Positions 42,828 through 52,951 of a DNA stretch of 64,000 bases are shown here, piece by piece (position 1 is the first letter of the stretch; every line of letters begins with the position of its first letter). A program made the position numbers and the translations under genes. The notes under the pieces are model-generated. The model worked only from the letters and a program-made list of their open reading frames with translations. It had not been told where the DNA came from and made no database searches. Origin of the DNA: Nitrospirota bacterium. Its GTDB lineage: Bacteria; Nitrospirota; UBA9217. The stretch spans positions 1,152,001-1,216,000 of the forward strand of contig CAWCKW010000012.1 in NCBI GenBank assembly GCA_963796285.1, in the 5' to 3' direction.

Positions 42828-43277
42828 ATGCCGGAAGTAGTGCTGGTTTCCAATGTTGAGAATATGGACAAGCTCAAAGCTTATCTGCTGGATTCGTTCA
42901 AAAAAGCGCGGTATTCGGAGGTCACCCAGGCCATCGGGATGCACTCCCTTCTTATCGATCCTCAGCATACCATGAAAGACCAGGCCGGTCTGTATCATGG
43001 CATGTTGGACATGTTGAAAGAAAAGATCAGGAACATGAAAGGCAAGAATTACGGCGCCTGGTACTCAAGCTTCCCGAAGCTCATGGACGAACTGGTGTCA
43101 TCTGGCCAGGTGGTGATCGACAAGGCATCGCTCGACGTTATAGCCTCTCATCAAGAGGCGTACGGGTCCTTCAAGTCTGTTGACGATTTTTTCATCTGGG
43201 CCCTCGATGACCGGCGGCTGACCCTGGAGCAGATCGTTAAATATATTGAGAAGACCGCTGAGATGCGCGGGAAATAA
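42828..43277 (+). CDS. hypothetical cytoplasmic protein
   Basis: 149-aa ORF with GGGAGG SD. No recognised motif. Confidence 0.75.
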   Translation: MPEVVLVSNVENMDKLKAYLLDSFKKARYSEVTQAIGMHSLLIDPQHTMKDQAGLYHGMLDMLKEKIRNMKGKNYGAWYSSFPKLMDELVSSGQVVIDKASLDVIASHQEAYGSFKSVDDFFIWALDDRRLTLEQIVKYIEKTAEMRGK

Positions 43278-43383
43278 ACGCTGATCCCAAAAACCAAATC
43301 ACGAATCATCACCAATAGTCACGCACCAGGTTCCAAACGACCGGATATTGTTATATTGGTGATTGGATAGTATTTGGGATCTG

Positions 43384-44425
43384 TTATTTGAGATTTGAAA
43401 TTTGTCTCATCACTGCTTCGACCGTAATCCCCTCCATGCAGCGGACCCCGATCTCGCAGGTTCTCTTGAAACACGGAGAGCAGGCTATGCCTGTGCGTAC
43501 GACGATATGCGACGGCCCGTAAGGACCGGTCCTCCACGGCGCGGTCGGGCCGAACAGCGCCAGGACCTTTGCCCCCGCCGCTGCCGCAAGGTGCATGGGG
43601 CCCGTATCAGTGGTAATAAAGAGGGCGGACAGAGACGCGAGCGCGGCCAGTTCCTTGAGCGTGGTCTCCCCTGCCCAGTTCACCGCCGTTTCGCTTCATC
43701 ATTGAAATGATCCGCTCATTGACTGCGCGGTCCGCGGGACTCCCCGTAAAAATGACCACGGCTTTTTTCTCTTTCACCAGCCGGTCTGCCAGATCGGCAA
43801 AATTCTGTTCCAGCCATAGTTTGGTCTTCCATCGCGCTACAGGATTCACGACTACGAGCGGCCGTCCCTGCAAATGCATGCCGTCGATCTTCCTTCTGAT
43901 CGCGGAAACTTCACGCTCGATCGGAAGTGTGCATGAAGAAGACGGTTCATTCGCTCCGAGATGGCGGGCCACATCGAGATACCGATCAAGCGCGTGTTTC
44001 TCGATATCGTACGCCGGCAAACGCTCGTTCAAAAACAGATAGGAAAGCTCTCGCGTCTTGTCAAAACCGATCTTGCGCCCTGCGTGGGCAAGACCAATGA
44101 GCATGCCGCTCTTTGAGAGCCCCTGAAAGTCGATGGCGATGTCGTAGCGTTCGCTCCGAAGGTCTCTGATGAACCGGGTGATGCCCCTGACCCCCTTTGC
44201 CGCCTTCAACGGGTTCCGAAGCATCCCGAGCCATGCTCGTCTGCGCGAAACCAGCAGACGATCGATAAGCGGATGACCTTCGAGGATGCCTGCCGCGGCC
44301 TCTTCAACCACCCACGTGATCTCGCTGTCAGGATAGAGTTTTTTGATCGCCTCGAGCGCCGGCAGCGTCTGCACCACATCGCCGATGGCGGAGAGTTTTA
44401 TAATAAGTATTTTCATAGCCTTCAT
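43384..44425 (-). CDS. LPS heptosyltransferase, glycosyltransferase family 9 (frameshift near 43690)
   Basis: KILIIKLSAIGDVV, DFQGLSKS, DTGPMHLAAA, LFGPT. Confidence 0.92.
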
Positions 44426-44547
44426 GTGGCGACAATCATAATCCATCCTATTGATACAGTCAACCACGAAACGATCAAGATCATTGAAATACTACAGGTC
44501 GCCGCGAATATGACTCACCATCAACACAAGACGTTCGGAGCGCGCAT

Positions 44548-44590
44548 AAAAAAAGAAGCAACCTCTCATCAATGAGAGATTGCTTCTTTA
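44548..44590 (-). terminator. intrinsic terminator after the OmpP1/FadL gene
   Basis: AAAGAAGCAA.CTCTCAT / ATGAGAG.TTGCTTCTTT stem with a T run on the minus strand. Confidence 0.75.
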
Positions 44591-44624
44591 TGTCTGGATC
44601 AGATGAATCAAAAACAGGAATACG

Positions 44625-46098
44625 CTAGAACCGGTAGCTGAGCATGACCTGCACGTTGGTCTGGCTGTGGGTCACCGTCGCCCCTTCAGGCGCGCCGGCC
44701 CCTGAGGTCTGCTTCACTTCCGGTGCGTACGTGAACGATGCGTCCACGGTGGCGGCGTTGCTGATCATGTAGCCAGCGCCCAGGGTAATATGGGTCTGTT
44801 CAATGGCCGGGAACAAGGCGTTCAAGTATGTATCCGGAATCGGGTTATTGGCATAATTCAACCCGGCGCGAAGCATCCAGTCAGGGCTGACCATATAACC
44901 GGCGCCGATCATGAAGACATGTTGGTCCTTCCAGTTCTGGATCAGCTCAGCATCGACGGCCTGACCACCTAAACCAAACGATGCTGCTGCCGCGTTACCC
45001 TGGTTTGCATCAGCCGTAAAGGTCATCTTGAAGCTTTTCATCACATCGGCCCAGTTGATCCATTTATAATCGAACACGAGAATCAGTTCAGGTGTTGCCT
45101 GATAAGCGACACCTGCCCCAATAGTCTGAGGCCATTGAAAATCTTTTACCTGAGATCTTACCAGTAACCGGTATCGTCGTATTGCACTTCGCCCCAGGTA
45201 GCAGGACCGACGACATTCATCGATCACCGTGGCGCCCTTCGTTTCCAGATCGCCCAACCAAGTCTTGCTGTGATAGGTAGCACCTATGGTGACGGCATCA
45301 TTAATCTTGTAGACGCCGCCGATCTTACCGGCAAATCCATCGCCCTTTGCTTCCCCGGTGAATGCGCTTTTATCGGAGAAATCAAACCGCGCCCAGTTTA
45401 AACCCGATAGGCATGGATCCGCCGCACCTGCCTGAAGGCGAAACCTAACAAACGTATTTACCATGGATCCGCTTGCAGTCCCATAGGTCTGATTGCCGCC
45501 AAAGGATGGACCCACCATATCACCAAACTGCTGAGCCATTAAGCGCCATCTTCAGATCCAAGCTTGCCCAGACGAAATCAGCCGTAGCGGCAATACTGAG
45601 GTCCTTGTTGATCTGATAGGCAAACGGTACAAGCACGCGGCCGACGCCCAGCTCGGTGCGGACCTTTTCACCCGATTTTTGGGCAAGGAATGAGTCCGCG
45701 GAGTATTCCGATCCCATCCCGCCTTGGGAAAACACACCAAGACCGTACGTCATCTGACCGGACTTTTGCACCCATCCTAATGCCGGCATGTAGTAGGCGT
45801 TCCCGGAAGATGTAGACGTCTCACCTGCAGCATCATCTTCGGCTTTGACGTGCGGCCCCAGGAAACCGAGCGCCACATCGAGCCGGTTGCCCTCGGGCAT
45901 GAGACCGAGCGTCGCGGGATTGTTCATCATCGCCGCGGTCCCGTTATCATATGCCATGGACGCGCCGCCCATGCCGGTTGCGACAGGACCATATCCCTCC
46001 ATGTTCATTCCGTTTGTTGCATACGCTGTTGTGGAAGCAATAAGTGAAACGATACCGAAGCACAACAGATACAACACACCGTACAAGCTCTTTTTCAT
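44625..46098 (-). CDS. OmpP1/FadL-family outer membrane transporter (frameshifts near 45530 and 45180-45230)
   Basis: Signal peptide, TNGMNMEGYGP..GMGGA, NNPATL, WKDQ, C-terminal YRF. Confidence 0.88.
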
Positions 46099-46592
46099 TT
46101 GCTCCTCCTTTTTTTGTTATACTATTTTGAGTCTCTATCCTGCTAACGAAAAATAACGGAAACGAATAAAGCATACTCAAGAAATACAGAAGCGCAATTC
46201 ATGGCCATGATGAACCGAGGCACAATCCAAAGAGTGATCAGCACTACACAGCGACGAAGAATAACATCGAATATGACGATGAGGGCATTCGCTTCCTGAG
46301 AAAAGCCGATAAAGAAAGGTGTTGTAAGATAACTGATCAAAAATGAATCTGGCCGGAGATAGGAGGGCTTTCCGCGCCTTGCGTAACATATTGCAGGGAG
46401 CCGATATTTTGCGGATATTCATTTTTACTGCTGCAAGTATCATCGTTAAGATGATAATGCTGTTGAGCCTTGTAAAGAGATCGATCACGAAAATTACCAT
46501 GCAGCAAAATCCTCCGTGCAATCGACCCGATTATTTCACGTTTAAGCATTGCTGTCAAGCAAGGAACGCTGATTGACCATTTTTTTATTACC

Positions 46593-46620
46593 TTGCATTT
46601 TATCGTAGTTTTGCTACAAT
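46593..46620 (+). promoter_or_regulatory. sigma70-like promoter
   Basis: TTGCAT-16-TACAAT with extended TG. Confidence 0.45.
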
Positions 46621-46767
46621 TTTTTTAAAGATCTCTAAAAAAGCGTTTTATGCTAATACTCCCTGGACGCGGGTCGGCAAATCGTTTCTTCTGCGAACAA
46701 GGTTATACGAGTTAAAACAAGAATGATGTTCCCCTATAAAGATGTTTTAATAAATGGAGGAGGTTTC

Positions 46768-47317
46768 ATGCCGAATAAAAGCAAAGAATAAAGCCACAGC
46801 AAAAAAATCCGCTTCCCGAAAACCCGTTAAAAAAACAGCACCAAAAAAGACCATCAGGAAAAAGTCAGCCGTAAAAAAAGTCATGAAAAAGAAGGCGGTA
46901 AAGAAAAAAACCGTCGTCAAGAAGAAAGCACTCGGGGAAAAACCTTTTAAAAAAACCGTTAAAAAATCCGCAGTAAAAACCAAACGAGCGGCCCCATCAA
47001 AATCGTTCGCCATCGAACCCGGCCCTCCGCCCCAAGGCTTACCGCCCGTGGAAGAGCCCTCCCAGCATGAAGAGGCCATCGGCATTGTGTCACATTATTA
47101 CAGCCATCTTGGCGTGGCCATTGTCCAGATCAACAAAGGCAAGCTCAAAACAGGCGACACGGTCCACATTAAAGGTCACACCGCGGATTTCACCCAACCG
47201 GTGGAGTCCATGGAGTACGAGCACCAGCATATCGACCAGGCCGAGGCCGGTCAGAACATCGGACTGCGGGTGAAAGACCCTACGCGAGAGCACGATATTG
47301 TATATCTGGTAAAGTAG
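46768..47317 (+). CDS. Lys-rich histone H1-like tail fused to an EF-Tu domain II-like (translation elongation factor-like) beta-barrel
   Basis: GGAGGAGG SD, ATG 46768 (needs one-base correction). KKTAPKK/KKAVKK repeats, then IGIVSHYY..GVA...LKTGDTVHIKGH..DF.Q.VESME.EH...GLRV...RE.D.VY. Confidence 0.8.
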
Positions 47318-47427
47318 TCTGGCGTGCTGCTGTTTATGCTACAATGAATACAGCGCAGGTACGCGTGCCTGCGCTGTATTTTATCCTTTCCGATCAACCA
47401 CGACAACGCAGAGACAGGAAGGTCATC

Positions 47428-49083
47428 ATCCCTACCATTTACGGCAACACAACCGGCCTCAAGCCCGCTGAAATGAAGACGCTCGAGCGCCTCTACCGCC
47501 GGAAGATGCAGTCCGGGACCGTCATCACGCCCGAGGCCGCCCGCGCGCTCTCCGAAGCCTCCGCCGAGATCGGCAGACAGGTCGGGCTCATTATCGACCG
47601 CTCCGGCAGCATCCGGAACGTGCTCGTGGGCACAAACCATGACATCCTCATCCCCGATCTTTCGGAGCACCGGCTCGGCGCCAGGCGTCTTCGCGGCGTC
47701 CGGTTCATTCATACGCACCTGAAGGACCAGCCCCTGAACCATGAAGACCTCACTGACCTGGCGCTCCTGAGATTGGACATGATCGCCGCCCTTGCCGTGC
47801 GCCCCGATGGGCTGCCCGGGAACATCTCGATCGCCTATCTTATTCCGCCGAATCCCGAGGAGAAGCTCTATGAGGTCCTCCCCCCTCAGTCCGTGCATGG
47901 GGTGGAGATTAATGCCGCTGAATTCATCGCCGACATTGAACGCCAGATGGAGCGGGCACAGACCGCCGTCGAGGTCGCGAAGAAGGACCGGGCCATCCTG
48001 GTGAGCGTTTCGAAGAAGAGCAGGCATGAACAGGAAGAATCCATTGAAGAGCTCAGGGAACTTGCTCGCTCCGACGGCATCACGGTCCTGGACACCGTGA
48101 TCCAACGGCCGCACGACATAAACCCAAAGTATCTTCTCGGCGAAGGCAAGCTCAAGGAGCTCATCATCCGTTCCCAGCAGCTCGGCGCGGACCTGATCGT
48201 CTTCGACCAGGACCTCACCCCTGCGCAGGTCAAGTCCATCGGCGACATCACCGAGATGCGCGTCATCGACCGCACCCAGCTCATCCTCGACATCTTCGCG
48301 CGCCGGGCGCACAGCGGCGACGGCAAGGTGCAGGTGGAACTTGCCCAGCTCAAGTATCGCCTGCCCAGATTGTCGGAACGCTCCACCGCCCTCTCGCGGC
48401 TTACCGGAGGCATCGGCGGAAGAGGGCCGGGCGAGACCAGGCTTGAGGTCGACATGCGCCGCTCGCGTGACAAGATACGGAGGCTGGAGAAGCAGCTTGA
48501 CGCCCTCGGAAAGGCCAGGGACCAGCGACGGGAACGGCGCATCAAGAGCGATATTCCCATCGTCTCGATCGCCGGGTACACGAACGCGGGCAAGTCAACG
48601 CTTTTTAATGCCCTCACGCGATCAGAGGTAAAGGCCGAGGACCTGCTCTTTGCCACGCTCGACACCGCCACGCGCAGGCTGCGCTTCCCCCGCGACCGCG
48701 AGGTGGTCATCACCGATACGGTGGGGTTCATCAAGGACCTGCCGAAGGACCTGCTCGGAGCTTTCCGCGCTACACTTGATGAGATGCAGGACGCGGACCT
48801 GATCCTCCACGTCGCGGACATCAGCAATCCGCGGTTTGAGCAGCAGATGGAATCCGTCAACAAGCTCTTGACGGAGATCGGCCTGGATGAGATCCCTCAA
48901 CTTATCGTGTTGAACAAGGTCGACCTCGTAAACAGCATCTGGGCCAGGGCCATTGCAGCGCGTTTTAAAGGCGTGGTCTGTTCAGCGATCCGGCCGGAGA
49001 CCTTTAGCGATTTGCTGAAAGAGATCGAGGAAAGAGTGTGGGCAGAAGAAAAGATGCAGGAGGCAGTGACGAAAGAGCCCTAA
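47428..49083 (+). CDS. hflX: GTPase HflX (long N-terminal form; probable ATC start)
   Basis: IYGNTTGLK, IHTH, GYTNAGKSTL, LFATLD, DTVGFI, NKVD. Confidence 0.95.
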   Translation: MPTIYGNTTGLKPAEMKTLERLYRRKMQSGTVITPEAARALSEASAEIGRQVGLIIDRSGSIRNVLVGTNHDILIPDLSEHRLGARRLRGVRFIHTHLKDQPLNHEDLTDLALLRLDMIAALAVRPDGLPGNISIAYLIPPNPEEKLYEVLPPQSVHGVEINAAEFIADIERQMERAQTAVEVAKKDRAILVSVSKKSRHEQEESIEELRELARSDGITVLDTVIQRPHDINPKYLLGEGKLKELIIRSQQLGADLIVFDQDLTPAQVKSIGDITEMRVIDRTQLILDIFARRAHSGDGKVQVELAQLKYRLPRLSERSTALSRLTGGIGGRGPGETRLEVDMRRSRDKIRRLEKQLDALGKARDQRRERRIKSDIPIVSIAGYTNAGKSTLFNALTRSEVKAEDLLFATLDTATRRLRFPRDREVVITDTVGFIKDLPKDLLGAFRATLDEMQDADLILHVADISNPRFEQQMESVNKLLTEIGLDEIPQLIVLNKVDLVNSIWARAIAARFKGVVCSAIRPETFSDLLKEIEERVWAEEKMQEAVTKEP

Positions 49084-49531
49084 GATGAGAATTACACCTA
49101 CAAACCTGTATTTTCAGGACGTGTAAGTCATTGTCGGCTACTGATTGTACTATGCACTCAATAGCGTCGAGCGAGTGGAACGCTATGAAGATGATTCTTC
49201 TCTCAAGTTTGATGTCATATGGAGACTGGCTACGGAATCGAACCGAAGACAAACCATGCACGGTTGCCCAACGGGGTTGAAGCCCGCGGCCGGCGCCAGC
49301 CAACTCAGCCAGTCAGTCCGATACTATATACAAACTGTTGAGTCAATACAAGAGCATATTTTTCGAAATTCGAATGGAGATAATATGGGCAAACAGTAAA
49401 GAACACAGGTTGATACTTTAAGTGTTGCAAAGAATGGAACCTCAACTGCTTCAGGAAGATTCTGTGACTGTGAACTTCAAACCGGGATTCCATGTTACTT
49501 CGATGATCCTGGCTACAACCTATAGATAATT

Positions 49532-49858
49532 TCATAGTCCTTCAAGTAGCTTGTAATACTCCTTGATGGTTCGAATGGATTCCCTCGTGGCTTGGAACAA
49601 TATCCAACTGAGAACTAGAATCCCTATGGTGAGTCCGATTTTCCATGCCCGCGTCGTTTGTGGACGCCACCAAATCAGAGGCAACGCCAGAGGCCCCACA
49701 GAGCAGACTACGATGATGATAAAGGATTTTCTGAAATACCATGGAATCTTTTCTTCTACAAAGCGTGTGCGGGTGGAGGTATCCAGAAACTCACCGCAGT
49801 GTCTACACTTTATCGCGTCGTCTTGAATATCTTCAGCGCAGAATGGACACTTTTTCAT
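49532..49858 (-). CDS. zinc-ribbon membrane protein
   Basis: MKKCPFCAEDIQDDAIKCRHCGEFL followed by two hydrophobic segments. Lies in an AT-rich insert. Confidence 0.85.
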   Translation of the reverse strand: MKKCPFCAEDIQDDAIKCRHCGEFLDTSTRTRFVEEKIPWYFRKSFIIIVVCSVGPLALPLIWWRPQTTRAWKIGLTIGILVLSWILFQATRESIRTIKEYYKLLEGL

Positions 49859-49972
49859 TTCATCTCTCTTGATAAAACCATTTATTGAGCAGACCCCTGG
49901 ACAACATCACAAGTCCGAAGTTATCTAATTTAGCAATGAACATGCACTATCATTCGCCTTACATTTTTGACG

Positions 49973-50001
49973 AATATATGCCTGATTCATAGCTATGTCA
50001 A
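49973..50001 (-). promoter_or_regulatory. sigma70 promoter of the zinc-ribbon gene
   Basis: Minus strand TTGACA-17-TATATT. Confidence 0.6.
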
Positions 50002-50097
50002 CGATAACGATGGGATATTTTAAGGAGATTCAACTAATACTGAATGTAACCTGATATGCTTCTAAGAAATACAAATACAACGAGTACAGGAAAAAAT

Positions 50098-51436
50098 CTA
50101 CTTCCCACCGATCGACAGTTCCTTTACCCGGAGCGACGGGCTTCCTATCCTGCCGGAAAAGCGGAGGTCGCTGCCGACGGCATCGATGTTCTTCATCAGG
50201 TCCAGGATATTGCCCGCGATCGTGATCTCGCGCACGGGGTAGGCCTTCTTGCCCTTCTCGATCCAGAAGCCTGTTGCGCCTACGGAGAAATCGCCGGAAA
50301 TATGGTTCGCGGTATGCGCTCCCATAACCTCAGTGACGTAGAGCCCGCTGCCTGTCGAGTTGATCAGCTCCTCAAGCGAATGGGTCCCCGGTTCGATATA
50401 CAGATTCGTCACGCCCACGCCGGGCATGCCCTTGAACCCTCCGCGCATGCCGTTCCCCGTCGACACGGTCTTGTCCTTGTTCGCCGTATACGTATTGTAC
50501 AGGAACATGGCAAGCCTGCCCTTGTCGATCACCGTTTTCTTCTTCATCGGGACGGTCTCGTCGTCCGAGGGGGCGCTTCCGAGCCCTTCTGCGAGTAATC
50601 CGTCGTCATACACCGTGATGAGCGGCGCTGCTACCTCTGCTGCCGAGCTTGTTGATAAAGAGCGACCGTTTCTTCTGCACACCCTCCGCCGAGAAACCGG
50701 AGGCCATGATCGACAGGAAGTCATTGGCCACGTCCGCGTCGAGGATGACTGCGGTCTTCACCGAATCAAGATGCCGGGCGCCAAGAAGGTCGAGTGCCTT
50801 TCTCGCGGCCCTTCTCCCTACTTCCTCGATCTCCAGTTTGCGGTAATACCGCTTCACGTCGAAATCGGACCCTGCCTGCGATTCGCCCTTGTCCTCGGCA
50901 ACGACCTCGATGCTCGACATTGCCGCGGTGCCGCGGTACGAGACCTCGGCGCCGTGAGAATTCATGATCAGGGTTTCCGACTCCGAGAAGCTCGCGGAGG
51001 CCTTTCGAATGCGCTTGATCCGCTGGTCCACGCCAAAGGCCTCGCGTTCCATGGCCATGACACGGTCGATCTTTTCCTTCTCGGTCAAGGCGACCAGCTC
51101 CGGGTCATACATCGTTATGGTTTGATAATCAGCAGCAGCCTTTTCCGGGATGGAATGGAACGGATCCGGCTCGATGATCTGCGCGTTCGTCAGTGCCGAC
51201 CGTGCAAGAGTAGCGAGGGCATGGTCCGAAAGGTCGGTCGTATAAGCAAACCCCATCCTTCCGCCGACGAGCACCCGGAGGCCCGCGCCGATGTCCCTGG
51301 CGCGGTCAAAGGCATCGACCTTCTGTGCTTTGACCTCGATGCTGGTGGATGATGATGAGCGGATAAAGGCCTCGGCAGCGTCTGCCTTGAGGTCCTTCGC
51401 GAGTGAGAGGATTTTTTCGGCGATGTGTTTGTGCAT
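50098..51436 (-). CDS. pmbA: TldD/PmbA family protein, PmbA/TldE type (frameshift near 50630)
   Basis: GAGLRV...GFAYT, STGNG, GDFS, PVREITIAGN. No HExxxH motif. Confidence 0.88.
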
Positions 51437-51456
51437 AATTAACATGAAAAACCCAT

Positions 51457-51572
51457 ACCGCAAAGGCGCGAAGAGCGCGAAGGGTTATATTCATTTTACA
51501 CCTAGTCACCTGCATTTCTTTGCGACCTTGGCGGCTTCGCGGTTAAGAAGATTTTCTCTGTGTGCTCTGTGT
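51457..51572. repeat. CGCAAAG-type imperfect palindrome plus half copy
   Basis: ACCGCAAAGGCGCGAAGAGCGCGAAG...CTTTGCGACCTTGGCGGCTTCGCGGT, then TTCTCTGTGTGCTCTGTG. Confidence 0.7.
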
Positions 51573-51590
51573 CAGGGATAAAAGAGGTTT

Positions 51591-51959
51591 CTAATCGAAA
51601 TAACTCGCGGACGCCGTGTCCGACTCCCACACTGTAACACTTGCGACCTCGAGGTTCTCGTTATTGATCTTCTTGGTCATGGTGTCGTAGATCCACTTGG
51701 CAAGGTTCTCGGACGAGGGGTTGATCTCGGTGAAAGGGAAAATATCGTTCAGAAAGGTGTGCTCGAGCTGGTCCAGCACATCGCGAAGAGACTTTTTGAG
51801 GTCGTGAAAGTCCATGGCCAGGCCGATATCGTCCAGGCGTTCCGCGGTCACGGCAACGGTCACGCGCCAGTTGTGTCCGTGAAGCCTCTCGCATTTTCCC
51901 TTATACCCGCGCAGTTGATGGGCCGCGGCGAATTTCGATTCAACCATGAGTTCATACAT
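51591..51959 (-). CDS. queD: 6-carboxytetrahydropterin synthase
   Basis: FAAAHQL, CERLHGHNW, NPSSENLA, VWES. Confidence 0.95.
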   Translation of the reverse strand: MYELMVESKFAAAHQLRGYKGKCERLHGHNWRVTVAVTAERLDDIGLAMDFHDLKKSLRDVLDQLEHTFLNDIFPFTEINPSSENLAKWIYDTMTKKINNENLEVASVTVWESDTASASYFD

Positions 51960-51967
51960 AGGATTGG

Positions 51968-52054
51968 ATAATATGGCATGCCCCCTCAAAAGTCAATAAC
52001 GAATATCGCGCGTGCGAAAAATTTCTTGCAAATATCCGCAATTTCAGATATGAT
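51968..52054. promoter_or_regulatory. divergent sigma70 promoters giving leaderless-type starts
   Basis: Minus strand TTGACT-17-TATTAT, 8 nt before the queD ATG. Plus strand TTGCAA(52026)-17-TATGAT(52049), 7 nt before ATG 52062. Confidence 0.65.
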
Positions 52055-52061
52055 TTTTTTA

Positions 52062-52541
52062 ATGGAAGTAACGAAAGAAGACCCAAGGCAAGCCATCGAA
52101 CCGCAGTTCCTCTCGCAGGCCCAGGCAAGCGGCATCACACTCCGTATCGGTCAGATGAACAAAACCGAACATGAAGGGACCATCCGCGACATCGGCCGCT
52201 ATGAGATCAATCTTGAAGAGAACGGCAGGACCGTCACCATCCTGAAGCAGGAGATGTCCTATGTCACCGCTCCCCGTCCCGTCCTCATTCTTCCCATGCC
52301 GCAGCAGTCATCCGCTTCAGCCGCACAGACCCCTGCCGATGCACCGTCAGGCAGACCCAATATCCAGCATGAGTTCCTCGACAAGGCCATAAAGGAGAAC
52401 CAGCTCCTCACGCTCTATCTTATCAACGGCCAGCGGATCAAGGCAAATATCGAGGCCTATGACAGCTTCACCATCCTGCTCAAAGAGGGCGGCAAACAGC
52501 ACCTCTACTATAAACACTCGATCACCACGATCAATCGCTAG
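52062..52541 (+). CDS. tandem two-domain Hfq/Sm-like protein
   Basis: C-domain NIQHEFL...LYLING...IEAYDSFTILL...YYKHSITTI. Degenerate N-domain IEPQFL...MNK...EGTI....YEI....ILKQEMSY. Pro/Ala/Ser linker between them. Confidence 0.85.
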   Translation: MEVTKEDPRQAIEPQFLSQAQASGITLRIGQMNKTEHEGTIRDIGRYEINLEENGRTVTILKQEMSYVTAPRPVLILPMPQQSSASAAQTPADAPSGRPNIQHEFLDKAIKENQLLTLYLINGQRIKANIEAYDSFTILLKEGGKQHLYYKHSITTINR

Positions 52542-52552
52542 AGGTACTTCCC

Positions 52553-52950
52553 ATGGAAACAAATCTTCTCGATAGAATGCTGGATGCGTACCAGACGGGG
52601 CATACTCCCGTGACCGTTACCCTCCAGAACAAGATCCGCGTTTCCGGAAGGATCAAGTGCGTTCGACAGCTACGTCATTATCATGGAAGGCCATAAACAG
52701 GAGATCCTGTACCGCCATGCGATCTCGTGCCTTTGCCCGCTTGCACAGGAGGAGCATAAGCGCCAGCCTGCCGCGAGCCGGCCGGCAATGACAAAGACAG
52801 TCCACCCGGGACCCGCAAAGAGCGCTTCGTCACGTAAACCCAGGCAAGCAGCAGCCTCAGACGGTGCCCCTATCCGCGACCGAGAGCCTCAACAACAACA
52901 TGAAGGACGGACTGCTCAAATGGATGCAGGAACAGAAGGCTGCAAAGTAG
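52553..52950 (+). CDS. second Hfq-like protein with basic disordered tail (frameshifts near 52658 and about 52880)
   Basis: GAGG SD. METNLLDRML...PVTVTLQNKIRVSGRIK/AFDSYVII...ILYRHAISCL. Tail probably ends MKDGLLKWMQEQKAAK. Confidence 0.8.
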
Positions 52951-52951
52951 C

